This document shows positions 1 through 11,856 of a stretch of 64,000 bases of DNA, piece after piece. Position numbers and translations under genes: made by a program. The stretch comes from Blasia pusilla (Eukaryota). Under the pieces are notes generated by a model. The model had not been told where the DNA came from. It searched no databases and worked only from the letters and a program-made list of their open reading frames with translations. The stretch's first letter is position 1; each line of letters opens with the position of its first letter. The stretch is taken from contig CM114271.1 of the NCBI GenBank assembly GCA_050084515.1, positions 5,270,001-5,334,000 of the forward strand, read 5' to 3'.

Positions 1-72
1 GTCGAGATGTTGGTGAGGTGTTGAACCTTGATGATCCTGACGTATAGATGCGACCATGTGTTCAGAGGGATG
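1..72 (+). mobile_element. Fragment of Gypsy integrase C-terminal region, same family as the element at 37.4-44.8 kb (truncated by window start)
   Basis: gtcgagatgttggtgaggtgttgaaccttgat... aligns with 43932-44004; the first 32 nt are identical, and similarity is lost after ~72. Confidence 0.8.
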
Positions 73-830
73 ATATCTTGTGTCCCGCCAAGAAATCTTC
101 AAACATGCTAAGATTTCTTCATTGAATTGTTGAGGGTCCTCCTCATAGCTATGGGAGGAATAACTTCATTCCAAAACATATCATATGCAAAGTAAATACT
201 TGATATTTTTCAATAAGATGTAGAATATCACAATGAGAGAAAGTGCCAAATTCTATATGCTTCCCTACTTAGCTTTTCTTTAGGAAGGGAATTTTAATGC
301 TAATAATGATGTGTATGTTCACAAAAGAAATATGACCAAGACTTAGTTACTTGCTACTCATATCAAGGTGAATTGTATGCGTAAGTCATACTCCTATAAC
401 TCTTTGTGGAGTTAGTTAGGGTTTGATATGATCATAGTGTTCACATTTAACCTTTTTGGCCTAGGGCTGAGGGGAAAGAGGTCACGTGTAAGTGATGCTC
501 CAATGATCTTATAAATAGGTAATTAAACTTCCCGAACATATGCTAGGTAAGAATTTAGCCTCGAGGTTATACTTATTTATGAGTTCTTGTAAGAAGATTT
601 TGAGTTTGCCATCGAGTGAGTTTGTTTCTATTATCCAAAAAAATTAGTCGAATTTCTATTGTGAATATGTGTCATGGTTTCAGTTTTGTGTTAATACATA
701 TGTTGAAACACCCTCAAAAGAAACACTTAACTCTTCTCTACAACGGATAGCATGGAATCATCACCAAACTTGGATGACATGCCTTTAAGCAATGGATCAC
801 AACCAACTTTGGAGGAGATTGTTATCCCCA

Positions 831-1081
831 TCTATATTATTATGGTAGAAAGCCCCTTCATTTTGTAAATTCCTCTCCTCTCGACACTTTCAGCCAACAA
901 GATTATTCATTTCTTAACCAATAAGATTGTTCAAAATTAACTTAAGATGAAAAAAAAACTAATTATAGAAGTCAACAAATAAAATCATTCAAAATTATTG
1001 TAAAATGACACTTGAAATCTATTTTTTTTTAAAACTACCCAAACAAAATTGCCCTAATCAAATGGGGCTTACGTACACTAG
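831..1081 (+). mobile_element. Non-autonomous mini-Helitron
   Basis: Starts TCTATATTATT after an A and ends with a GCCC..GGGC hairpin plus CTAG before a T (A|T target). The 5' part is similar to 8535-8655. Confidence 0.65.
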
Positions 1082-1247
1082 TACTCTTCAAACATAACCG
1101 ATCTAATTAAAACGTTTAAATATTCAATATTTAAACGTGGCAAATGCCACGTCTTCCTTATGTGAAGGAGGTACTCCCCACCCCATATTATTATCATGGC
1201 GCAAAAGTTTAAATTGTTCACAAAACCTTACTGCGCGCGTAGCGCAA

Positions 1248-1252
1248 TGACG

Positions 1253-1284
<32 letters not shown>

Positions 1285-1327
1285 TGGAGCCTAAATCCAG
1301 CGCCTTAGACCACTCGGCCAAACCGTC
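1248..1327 (-). tRNA. tRNA-Leu (anticodon TAG)
   Basis: Reverse complement GACGGTTTGGCCGAGTGGTCTAAGGCGCTGGATTTAGGCTCCAGTCCGAAAGGGCGTGGGTTCAAATCCCACAGCCGTCA. Shows A/B boxes, anticodon stem CTGGA/TCCAG with loop TTTAGGC, a long variable arm, an upstream CAA and TATA-like motif, and a downstream T-run. Confidence 0.97.
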
Positions 1328-2118
1328 TTGATGCCAACGGAAAGAATCTAGTACTATATATTTTAAAGACAGAATGAGGGTAATGTATGGGGAAGTGGAT
1401 CTGAATTTACTCAGTGAGCAGTAGGCGTTTGAAACGTGTTCGTACTGAGTGATTGAGAGAACAATGCCTGCTGTTCTACGTCCCGTTTTGCCAGGGCTTC
1501 CTTCAACAGTTTCAGTTCATCGTCCATCGCCACCATCCTTTCAGAGCATTCGGGAGCGGAGCAGGTGCTTGTGGGGTTACGGCGCATGCGTAGTATCTAT
1601 CCATCTTCTGTTGCAATATTCTGTTGAGGCGGAGAGGATCTTGCTTCTCTGCATCTGGGCTCAGGCTCTACTGAGCGCATTCATGGAGGCGACGCGAGTT
1701 TTCACTAGACTGCCTGCGACATGTGCTCACTGCTCACGTTTCTTGTGCTTTGCATTTGGTGCCATTGTACCTTGTTTACACTTTGGTAGAGAGAAAGTGC
1801 ATCAGATGAGGTCATCGCGTTCAGTTGATTCCCGGCGAGCCATGATTTCAACACGCAAGCTACATTGAGAAGACTTTTCTTCCGTCGCTTTTACTCCTGT
1901 TGGTTGGGATTACAAGACATCTTCCAGACCGGAAAGTAGATAGACAGATATGGATGCCTTCTTGTAAATATTCCTAAATGCGAAGCAAGTTAAGCATGTT
2001 GGTTATGCGCTGATCAACACTACGACACTTTTCCGGTTTTGGAAGACAAGACGATCTTGTTCGCGAAGGTGTGAGCCACACACGACTGCTTAGGAGATAC
2101 GATTACTACCTTGCTGTT

Positions 2119-3650
2119 ATGTACTTAGGTTCACAGCCATTCGGCGGAGCGTGTGTGTCCAGCGGTGACGCATCTTACGAGAAAACCTTCCCTCGAGATG
2201 ACGTGAATTACTTGAAGAAGTCGTGCCGCTATACCAGCCAAGACGGGGTAACTTCTAGATCGGAGGTCGAGGTCGTGCTTGCACTGGACCGCAGAAAGAT
2301 CAGGACGATTACGAGATCTGGGCGTTCCTTCGTTCAGCAACAGTTTACAGCTGCTGCGCTGGGAGTTAACCCTTCACTTAACTTACCACATGGGCATCAA
2401 CTTTGGTATGGCCATCGTTGAGTTACGTCTCTAGTAACATAACGGTCCCGCTTCTGCCCCTCTAGATGAGAGGGGGACCGGAAATAGTTGCGGAGGGTTT
2501 CGCAACTATTTCCGGTCCCGCTTTGTTTTAGTATGCAGGGAACGAAGGGGATTCCTTCGACAAATTCTTGAGTTTCACAACCTTTGATTCTAAAATCTTC
2601 GCAGGGACATCCAGCTGTAGAACGTTTGGTATGGTACATGTGGCAGGCTCCCCCCGTGCATGTGTCCTGGAGTAACTGAAAGTGGAAGAAGGGTTGAGTA
2701 GCTCTGATTGGGATTGGCAATGACCAACCGAAGCAGCTGTCACTGAATCTTGCTGACATCGAAATAGATCCCAGTGAAAGTTATTTGTCCAATGGAATTA
2801 AAAAATCAGTGATCTGAACCCTAATCTTGCAGCAGTTCCCTTATAATTCTTGAGGATTCGCTGAGGAACTGCGTGTTGGATATATTTGGGAACGTGGCTT
2901 GGAAGGAGGAGAAGGTAACAACAGTGGAGGGGGAAACTTACAACATCCCTCTAGAACTGACAATTGGCCAACCAAGTGCCAAGCTCTATCAAGACTCATG
3001 CCGCGGTGGAGCTTCCACCGCGCAATCAATTATGGTGGGTAAGCGCCAACCCATAGTACTAGGAATACCTTCTTTAAAGGTGAAGTATAATGTGGACCTA
3101 CTGCATAAAAAGGTTGCACAATGCTGGTGAGCTACAAGCTCTGATTAGATGAGGTCAGGTCCATATTGTCTTTAAAGTGAGTCTCACGACCTCAGGAACA
3201 ATCCTCCCAATATTAGGACAGCATCTGATTGAGAAGGGACGTTGAAGGTGTGCAGTATCATGAGTCCCGCCATAATGAAAGGAAGCCCAACCTGCACACA
3301 ACATCGAACTGAACCTGCCATTTCTAACAATCAAGCAAGTCCTGACCTGAGGGTTGTAAAGGTTTAGGATGACAAAGGACACCTGCACCCTGTAAACTCA
3401 AGGTTGTAGAGAAGGCTCTGTAAGGGCAGCAATTCATATTGAAGAGGCACTGCAACAGAAAGAAATTCATGTGCTCTCTGTAATTGGGGTAGGCTGCACA
3501 ATAAATGTGCTCAGCAGGTTGAAAATCTTAGCAGGTGTCCCACTTCACTCTGAATCAGTAGCTCAGTGGATCCCCAACACGACCAATGCAGGCAAACTGC
3601 TGTATCTTGTCAGATTTGACTCTGCCTTCATGTGTCTCCTTCCTCTCTGA
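2119..3650 (+). CDS. Putative spliced gene of unknown function (exons approx. 2119-2247, 2532-2671, 2833-3038, 3535-3650)
   Basis: GT-AG junctions with consistent phases join open segments: MYLGSQPFGG..SQDG|YAGNEGDSFDKF..ACVLD|SSLIILEDSLRNCVLDIFGN..SIMV|GVPLHSESVAQW.. No family recognised; the start and end are uncertain. Confidence 0.4.
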
Positions 3651-4754
3651 AGAAACTGAGACATTCACTTTCATAAGAAACTGGGATTATTAGTTCGAGA
3701 CTGACCAGTTTCACAAAGATCTAGAACTTGAGCCTTTAAGGTGTACAGGTAAGAAACTGACTCTTCAGGTATCAGACAGGTCTCATTGCAAGGACTTTTG
3801 ACTCATCTGTGTCAAAAGGAATAAATGCACAATTGGTGTGTAGATGGGTAAGTCAGTGCATTCCAAAACATACTTCAAGTCAAGAGTGCAAATACGGTCA
3901 GAACTGAGTTTGTACAACATCTTTCTAAGATCTAAAATCTTCCATTTAGGACCATGAAAGAGTTCAGCTGTCTTAATCACGAACTTTGTCTAGCTAGACC
4001 TGTGCAAGACACTCTTCTAGCATCTGACAGGAATGGACTCCCAGGTTGATTGAGAAAGTGATACTCTGTTCGGCGCCAGCAACCATGTATCATGGATCGG
4101 GATCCTGATATCCTAGATTTTACACATCCTGCAAACTCAAATGGTTCAGGAATCATCCATCTAGCCTAAACAACCAACTAAGCAATCACAAGACTCAGAT
4201 GACTTGCTAAAACTGAAATACATGAGGCACAGCTGAAAGAAAGGTTGCCCATAACTGGAGTGCGCATATCTGGGTAAGGTGGAGAAGATAGTCCAAAATC
4301 ATGTGGATCTAATTACGAACAGAAGCGTTCCACACATATGTGAAAGAACAGAAAGGGGGCAATTGATGCATAAGAAGAGATGGTGGATCCAGTTTCCAAG
4401 TCACAGGCATCGTCCACAAAATTGGACATTCCGGAGTCAGCAGTGGTCTCACATGTTTGGACAGAGGTTCTTTGAGTGCCAGCTTCTCCAAGGGTCCTCA
4501 GTCAATTTATTTCATCACAAAGGTAGTGACGAGGAGGGAGGCCAGTGACATAACCCAAAATACTAGATCAAGCAGAGGATGCCTTCTTCTTAGGGACACC
4601 TTCGAGAGCTCAGCTGTAGCCTTGCAGAGAGCTAGGCAACTGAATGTTTTCATACAAGGAATTTTTTATTTCTAATCACCAGACCATGCCAGAGATGACC
4701 AGGTAAGTCCCAAACATCATCCAGTTACATGCTGAAATTTACCTCCAAATGGTA

Positions 4755-5770
4755 ACTGAAGTATACTCAATTCCATCTACTTCTATGTTGAAGCTGATGG
4801 TACAGGATTGCCTGTACGATGCACAATGAAGCCTCCAATAATGGGTATGAGGAGTAAAACCTCCCGGTTTACAATACCCGTCCAAAAAATACACAAGTCC
4901 TGACGTGATTCACTGTAACTTTAGGAGACCAAGAAATTCTCTGAAGGAAGGAGATGGGAGGCACACTCTGGCATCAACTTCATTCACCTGAAAGAGGAGG
5001 TGGGTTGAGATCACTATGCATCTACGTTGAAGCTAGTGGCACGGAACTGCCATTGAGATGCAAAACGAGCCGCTAACAATACACATGAGGAACTGGTTGG
5101 GAAGTGAAATATCTCAGTTTTAAAGCCTATATGAACACAATCTAGTAATAAATGCGATCCACTGTCTTCACATAACCGAAAAAAATCACTAACGAAAGGA
5201 GGCGTGAGGCAGACTGTTGATTCCTTTCATACACTGAAAGAGAACTGGTTGAGAACGCTATGCTTAATGGTTGAAGCTGGTGGCACAGAATAATCATTCA
5301 GGAAGCAAAAAGCATATTCGACTAATGCGCATAAAGAATTGGAAGCGAAGTTACAATATCCCGATGATTAAAAACTTATACAATTGCGACAGTCCTGATG
5401 CTATTCACGTGACTTCGGATGACCAAAATTACTCTGGCGGAATGAGAGGCAAGCAACCTCAGAAGTCATTTCGTGCACTGAAAGAGAAGATAGTTTGCAG
5501 ACATCCCTTATCGGTTGAAGCTGGTAGCATAGAAGTACCTTTGAAATGCGAAATTAAGTCTGTTAATAAACGATGCGAAGGAAAATATCTAGACTTTTGC
5601 CAACTAGTAAGTTGTGCCAGTTTAACGCCATTCACAGTGACTCTACAGGACCAAGAACTGCTCTTGCGAACGGAGCAGCAAGGCAAACTCTGGTTTGGAT
5701 TCTTCTTAACCCGACTCACCTTCTAGTATAAGAAGGTGAGTCGGGTTGAGAAGCATCCACACCCCTTGAA
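4755..5770. repeat. Diverged tandem array, about 4 units of ~243 bp
   Basis: GTTGAAGCT(G/A) core at 4787, 5026, 5270 and 5514, with shared CTGAAAGAG and ATTCAC..GACCAA blocks. Confidence 0.75.
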
Positions 5771-6451
5771 CAATCAAATCCGCAAAACCAGTCCGCTGAG
5801 GGACTTAAATGCGTCAAAATTCAAGGTGTCTATGTGTTTGCAACGCCAAGATTAGGCAGCTCAAGCAAACTAGAAATGACAAAAAAGTGAAGTAGATTTT
5901 CGCAACCGACGGATACCACAGAGTTGCCGGTATCGACACAAGCGGGACAAGAATCAGTAGCCAGCGAGACGTCACCAGCTGGTGTTATCCAAGACGAGCA
6001 GAACTTGGGAAGTACTCCAAGAACTTCTTGAGGATCAGCTCGAAGAGTGTTCAAAGCGATAAGACTCCACAAAAACTCGTAATTCTGGATCTACCTAGCA
6101 AGTCGGATGACTCTGAAGCATGAAACGATTCTGTCTTCAAAATACGAGCGGTTATGTAAAGTAAAATCAGAGCACGTGCATTGAAGTACCAAGAACCAAG
6201 TTACAGCTCAAAATTTTCCCCATTTACTCCAGTGGAGCAAACTCGCCTCACAGTATGATGAATTTTAGTGCCAACATATATGGAGCAGTGATGTTCCGGT
6301 CCTAATAGCCCTACGAACTGAAAGACTTAAGGATCTTCCTGTGATACCACTGACTCCTAAGGTGGAAAAGAATAGCACCCTTAATAGTAGCCAACCATCC
6401 GCTCAGCCCTAGCAAAAATAAAATTCGACGGCGAATACCTTCCCAAGTATA

Positions 6452-6889
6452 TCAACGGTAGGACTTCTGGAAACGCGAACGAGCTCCCCGACCTCCAAAC
6501 TTCTTGGGCTCGCACCGCCTGGGATCGGCGACCAGCAACGTACGATCGTAGCGCAGTAACACGTCCTTAATCTCCTTCTTGGACTGTTCATCCACATATT
6601 TCTGGAAAAACGCCACTAATGCCTTCGCGATGCTTTGACGAATAGCGTAAATCTGAGAAGTGTGTCCTCCACCTCTCACTCGAATGCGCATGTCCACATT
6701 CGCAAATTTCTGGCGGCCCAACAGCAAAATGGGCTCAAAAGCTTTGTACCTCAAGATCTCAGGCTCTACAAGTTCGATTGGACATCCGTTTATTTTGATC
6801 AAACCACGTCCTCGCTTGCAGTAAGTCACGGCCACTGCCGTCTTCTTCCGCCCGAAGCACTGCACAGACTCCATAGCTGCTGTAGTCAT
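6452..6889 (-). CDS. RPS16: 40S ribosomal protein S16 (uS9), intronless
   Basis: 145 aa with [28 protein letters not shown] and a C-terminal [24 protein letters not shown]. Confidence 0.98.
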   Translation of the reverse strand: MTTAAMESVQCFGRKKTAVAVTYCKRGRGLIKINGCPIELVEPEILRYKAFEPILLLGRQKFANVDMRIRVRGGGHTSQIYAIRQSIAKALVAFFQKYVDEQSKKEIKDVLLRYDRTLLVADPRRCEPKKFGGRGARSRFQKSYR

Positions 6890-6915
6890 TGCGATCCCCC
6901 GTCGGCCCTGCTGGT

Positions 6916-6993
6916 AAACCCTAACCCTCCAAGCAGATGCAGCAGCTCCGCAACACGCCTGCTCGAAAAAGAACGTCTACCGCTTTGAGCCCA
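6916..6993 (-). promoter_or_regulatory. Telo-box (AAACCCTAA) and site-II-like motif (AGCCCA) upstream of RPS16
   Basis: AAACCCTAA at 6916-6924 and AGCCCA at ~6988; this pairing is typical of plant ribosomal protein promoters. Confidence 0.55.
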
Positions 6994-7795
6994 GGCTTTG
7001 TATGAGCTCCCAACCCTAATCAGATCATTACTGTGATTCCACCCGTATTACCACCCTAAGACCGGCTATAATCCTAATAGGCTCATTTCATCGGGATTAT
7101 ATTCCTTGAAAACACCAATAATCCTACTAACGTCCTAATCGGCTCATTTTCTTCATTTCTTACGGATTAGGGCGTCTCATTTGGGTTACGGAGTATTCGG
7201 AATTGGGTACATATTTTTCGTACCTTTTTAAAAACTTTAAGGTATGATCCTTTGAATATTTTTTTCTCGATATTTCTTATTTATTGTTAAGTAATTATGA
7301 GTTGATTATATGACACTTATTATCACTAGGAAATGGCCTAAACCCTAAACAAATCATCCCAAACAAAAGTAATTTTTATGTTTTTTTGGGCCCGTGATTA
7401 GAAGACATGTAAACTTCGGAGAGGGGATTTAAGACGTAAGTGGGGAGGGACTTTCCTTAGATAGATGGGGGATTAAAATAGGGATGAGTTCTTCCTTTAG
7501 TTTTTTTCCAAAACAAGGAAATAGGAGAGAGACGGGGGAATGATTTTTGCTTTTTAATGGACAAGATTTGCACATTTGTTGCTCACAAAAATAATAAAAT
7601 GAAACAAATTCATTTTCCAACATGAGGAAGGTGAAAGGTGTGGGGGTTTTTTTAAATAAATAAATTGCTTCTTCTTTTTTTAACAATAAGGAGGTGGGAT
7701 TGGAAGAATTTTTTTCAAATGAACAAAATTTGGGGGGATGGGGAAGGAGGCATAGCCGAGGTGGAAAGAAGTGGAATTTAATATTAAAGGAAGGG

Positions 7796-8432
7796 TGTCA
7801 CGACTTTTAGGATAGATCGGCGAGATCTAGTAGAGCGCCTTCAGACATACTTGAGGACAGCCTCATGAGGTCGAGGAAGACTTGTTGAGGCCACGGGTAA
7901 CTTGAGAGAGCAGGTTTTCCTTTCGTTTCGGCTCATTTGGAGTCATATAGAAAAATTGACTATTTCGGGTAAGTTTCTATTTGGAATATAGTTGACTTTC
8001 CACTTTGGAAAATGGCCTTGACCTGCTACAGCAGGTTAAGAGCCAAGGAGGTGATCTGCAAGTATAGGTTACCAAGGAGAGAGTTTGGAAGAGGAAAGAG
8101 GGTATACGTCCAAGAGAGAGAGCTTGAGAGCTCATTCTCTCTTTGTTAAATCTTTTGGCATGAGGCGGCAGAACTATGGTCCTCCTTGCCTTGTGTGTGT
8201 AACCCAAGCCTCTCATTAGGAGAGTGGGATTGGTTTGGCATGAGAAGAGTGCACACCATAGAGAGCTTGGTGTGAGATGTGATGTGAGATCTACTTGATT
8301 TAATGAAGATATTTTGGTATCTCTTGTCTCGTTGTGTATATTCTATGAGTTAACATAAGATCGTGCGTGTTGGTATTATGTATGTTCGGTGACAATAATG
8401 TATATTGTGTAGGGATGTGTATGCGTACGACA
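7796..8432 (+). mobile_element. Solo LTR related to the DNMT/PHD-Gypsy family
   Basis: TGTC...GACA termini with a 4-bp AGGG target duplication (7792-7795 and 8433-8436). Both ends align with the 3' LTR at 44591-44784. Confidence 0.85.
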
Positions 8433-8534
8433 AGGGAAATTTAATATTTTAAATTTCTAGCATATATTATATATGAAAAAAAGCAGATATCTAGTCATCA
8501 GAAGAAAAAAAGAATAAACCTTAGACCTTTATAA

Positions 8535-9236
8535 TCTATATCTATTTTGGAGAGTGCCTCTTCATTTTGAGATCATCTCTCTTTTGGCGCGTGTTCTTTT
8601 CAGCCAATAGAATCTCTCGTTGTCTAAGCCAATAGGATTGCTCAAATTCAATTGCACACTTAGGATGTGTTATTCAAAATTATACACCCTAAACATAGAG
8701 ACATCAGGTAGCAACGTTACATGATAGAAACAAGTTAGGGGTGCAAGATTGAAGTCTTCTTCTTCTTTTACATAATGGAAAAAAAGAAGATAAAACCCTA
8801 GACTAAATTCTAAGACCATTACTAATCCAATTGTGTTACAATAGCTTTTTCCCCTTTGACAATCTAAGATCATTTCTAGTGTTTCATTTCTAACATTTTT
8901 CTTGAAAAAATCATTTTATAAATCAAGGTATCATCCTCATTTTCTTTTCATCCTTATTATCCTCTAAAAATATCTTTTAATGTTACTTAAGTTACTCACT
9001 AAATCAAGTTGTCTATATTATTATGGGAGAGTTCCCTCTCCCATAATAATATAGATTTTTGACCACTGCTTCCTTTGACACAAGGCCCTCTCAACCAAGA
9101 AGATCACTCTAGGTTGATTTAAGAGGCCGGTTGATAGTTTGAGGAGTCAGTTAGGTTATGAGTCACACTTTAACGATACATATGTGAAATTTAAATTGCT
9201 CATTAGGAACCCATGCCTCACACGGGCATCCACTAG
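8535..9236 (+). mobile_element. Non-autonomous Helitron
   Basis: 5' TCTATATCTATT end similar to the 831 element; 3' CCCATGCCTCACACGGGCATCCACTAG hairpin plus CTAG. Confidence 0.55.
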
Positions 9237-11856
9237 CACTTATGATCTCAACACAATCTAGTATCTTAGGAGATTGAGTAATTTTTTCCAGATGAATTTT
9301 TACGTGGCTAGAAAAAACTCATTTTCTTCATAGAGAAAAAGTACCTCGATTGCATTTAGGATGCTTGTTAGAACTCAATAATAATTGCTTACCCTACACC
9401 AAAAAAATGAGGAATAAACATAAGCAAAACTAAATCTCTATTATTTCTTGGATCTTCTTTTGTTGAGATCCCACATTTCGCCATGTGACAAAAGGCTTCA
9501 CATATATTTTGTCAATTATTATTGTAAAGTGAGAGGTGTGGGGAGGGATGAAACAAATGGGAGTTTTGGAGAGAAAGTAGAGAAACGAGGTAAGGATGTA
9601 GGAGGATCGATAATTTGGGCTGGGAGGTAGGAGGGGAGGGTTGTATTAGGCAACAAGTAGGGTGATAGATTAAGGGTTTGATGGTGCAGCCAAATTGTAA
9701 AGTGTTAAGCAATAAGAGCTATTAGAGCAACCTCGAAGAAGTTGAAGGCACTATGGTCATTAGAACATGTGTGGGTTTTTTTTTATATAAGAAAAAGGAA
9801 GATCTAAAGACGCGAAGCGGTTGCTTTGACCAAACTTATTAGAGATGTGACAAGCATGGAAACTCATGTGGGTCCATATGGAATTTAAGCAAGGGCGAGG
9901 AGTTGGAGGATGTGAGGACGAAGGATGGATTAAGGGATCTTCATGCGAGGCATATGCCCTCTCCTCTCTGGAAGAGGAAAGGGCCTCGCACACATCTACA
10001 CCTCAATTTATTGTTATCACATGTTCACAAATGAAATTCATCTTTGAACTTTCTATCCATAGTACTAGATTCATCCGAGTATGGCACGAGGGGGTTTTCA
10101 AGATAAGTGGGGTTGATTGTCAATACTTTGATACCTCTTAAAAATCTACTAAAGTAGGAAACTAGTAGTACTATAACTATCACTATGTGAATGTGCAAGT
10201 CAACTACATCTAAAGAGTTTCACCCATCCTTACACAAATTATCTAGTATTAATTCTTGCTTCGTTATTGACTTGATTCTATGTCCTTTTTAAATTCTACT
10301 TCTTCACAAAGCCATTGCTCATTCCATCTTTCTCTTTCTTGTTTGATCTCCTCTACAATGTCCAAGTTAGCATATTATTGGTATCGATCAAGTGATGAAT
10401 GCCACAATCCCTCCCTTCAATTCTTCCCATCATACCTTCATTGGACACACAAGGCTAGTTGCACCATACCCTTAGTCACTTCCACCGCAATGGCAACCAG
10501 ACTTTGCATTCAGATGCATGTCAACAAACTACCATTAGGAAGCCTGGCCGCTCAATGCATGAAGCCATATTCTTAAATCTGGGAAATGTAGCACAGATCC
10601 GAGGCTAAAGCTTTGCCCAGGTCCTACTTTGGAGCAACACCAACATTTCTGCCAAACATCTTGCGCTTTGACATATCTGATTAAAGGAATGTGAGAAATT
10701 TTTTAAGTACAACTGACTCCTTGTGGATGGTAGAGACAATTTGATAAGTCAAGAATGACAACCTTCAATTGACGTCGCGGCTGCAATCCAAGTTCAGAGC
10801 CAGCACTTCTGGTTTGCATCAGATGTATTCCAAACTAGAGGCAACAAAATCTTATTGGGATCCATGACAAAGCACAAATGGAACTGCCTACACAAGTCTC
10901 ACATTCTATAACTTTCATACCAATGTTTAACATTTCTGTCAAATAATTATATTCTATTATAAAAGGCTTAAAAAAAGAGAAAAATCCTTATCACTTGTAG
11001 AAGGCTTCAACCCTAAAAGAAGTGTACAGGTTGCACCAAATTCATAGGTATTGAGGATAGGAAAAAAGGTGAGACAAATTTGCGCAGGTAAGGACATCAA
11101 TTTTGAAAATTTTCTTGAACAGTCTAGGTTTGAGAAACCCTTACATATATTCACAAGAGAGCCAGAGAGCATGAAAGTAGAGCTACAAGTTGATGCTCGC
11201 ACTCCATTCAGAATGAACCTCCCATCGACAGGTGATTAGAATAGCCTTGTATATACTTGATAGTATGATTGATTTATCATTGAACTCCTCATGAATATTA
11301 TTAATTTCAAAGCTAACTGCAGTGCTGTATAGACATGAACTGTATACCAAATTGCTCGTGAATGCGCAAAACGTGCTGTCAGGCATTCCAATCAGCTCTT
11401 TCTTCTTCAGTTCCGTTCCTAGGAGAGATTCTGAACATGGAGAGTCCAAAACCTGCCTGCTGCCCTTGAGTCAATCTCTGACCCTCACAAACAAATGTTG
11501 CAATTGCGACATGACTTCAGTGTTTTGTTGAGATTTTCAATTCCACACATTTTGAGCCGAACAAAACCAACCAAAATGTTCAGAATGTCCACACCAACAT
11601 CTGCAATTCATTACCCATCATCTTGATGTGCTTCCTGGTGAGACTTTGCAAGTCTACCACTTTACCACCAGAAGGGTTACAAGGATTTGGGGTTTAGTAA
11701 TTATTGCTTGCCAGAAAATGATAACAGGCAAATATTCTGCAGCCCACCAGAAGTTACTGCCTGGATCTGAGTTGTCTAGGGCAAACCAAAAAAGTAAACA
11801 TGGGCCTCCGCAAAAAGAACTTCCACTTAAGGGGTCGGTTGCATGAGCTCTCTAGG

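Noticed and set aside
1124-1321. 65-aa ORF
   Set aside because: It is a translation of the tRNA-Leu gene
6255-6321. Possible C/D box snoRNA (ATGATGA...CTGA)
   Set aside because: No terminal stem or recognisable rRNA guide, and it is antisense to the RPS16 3' region; likely chance
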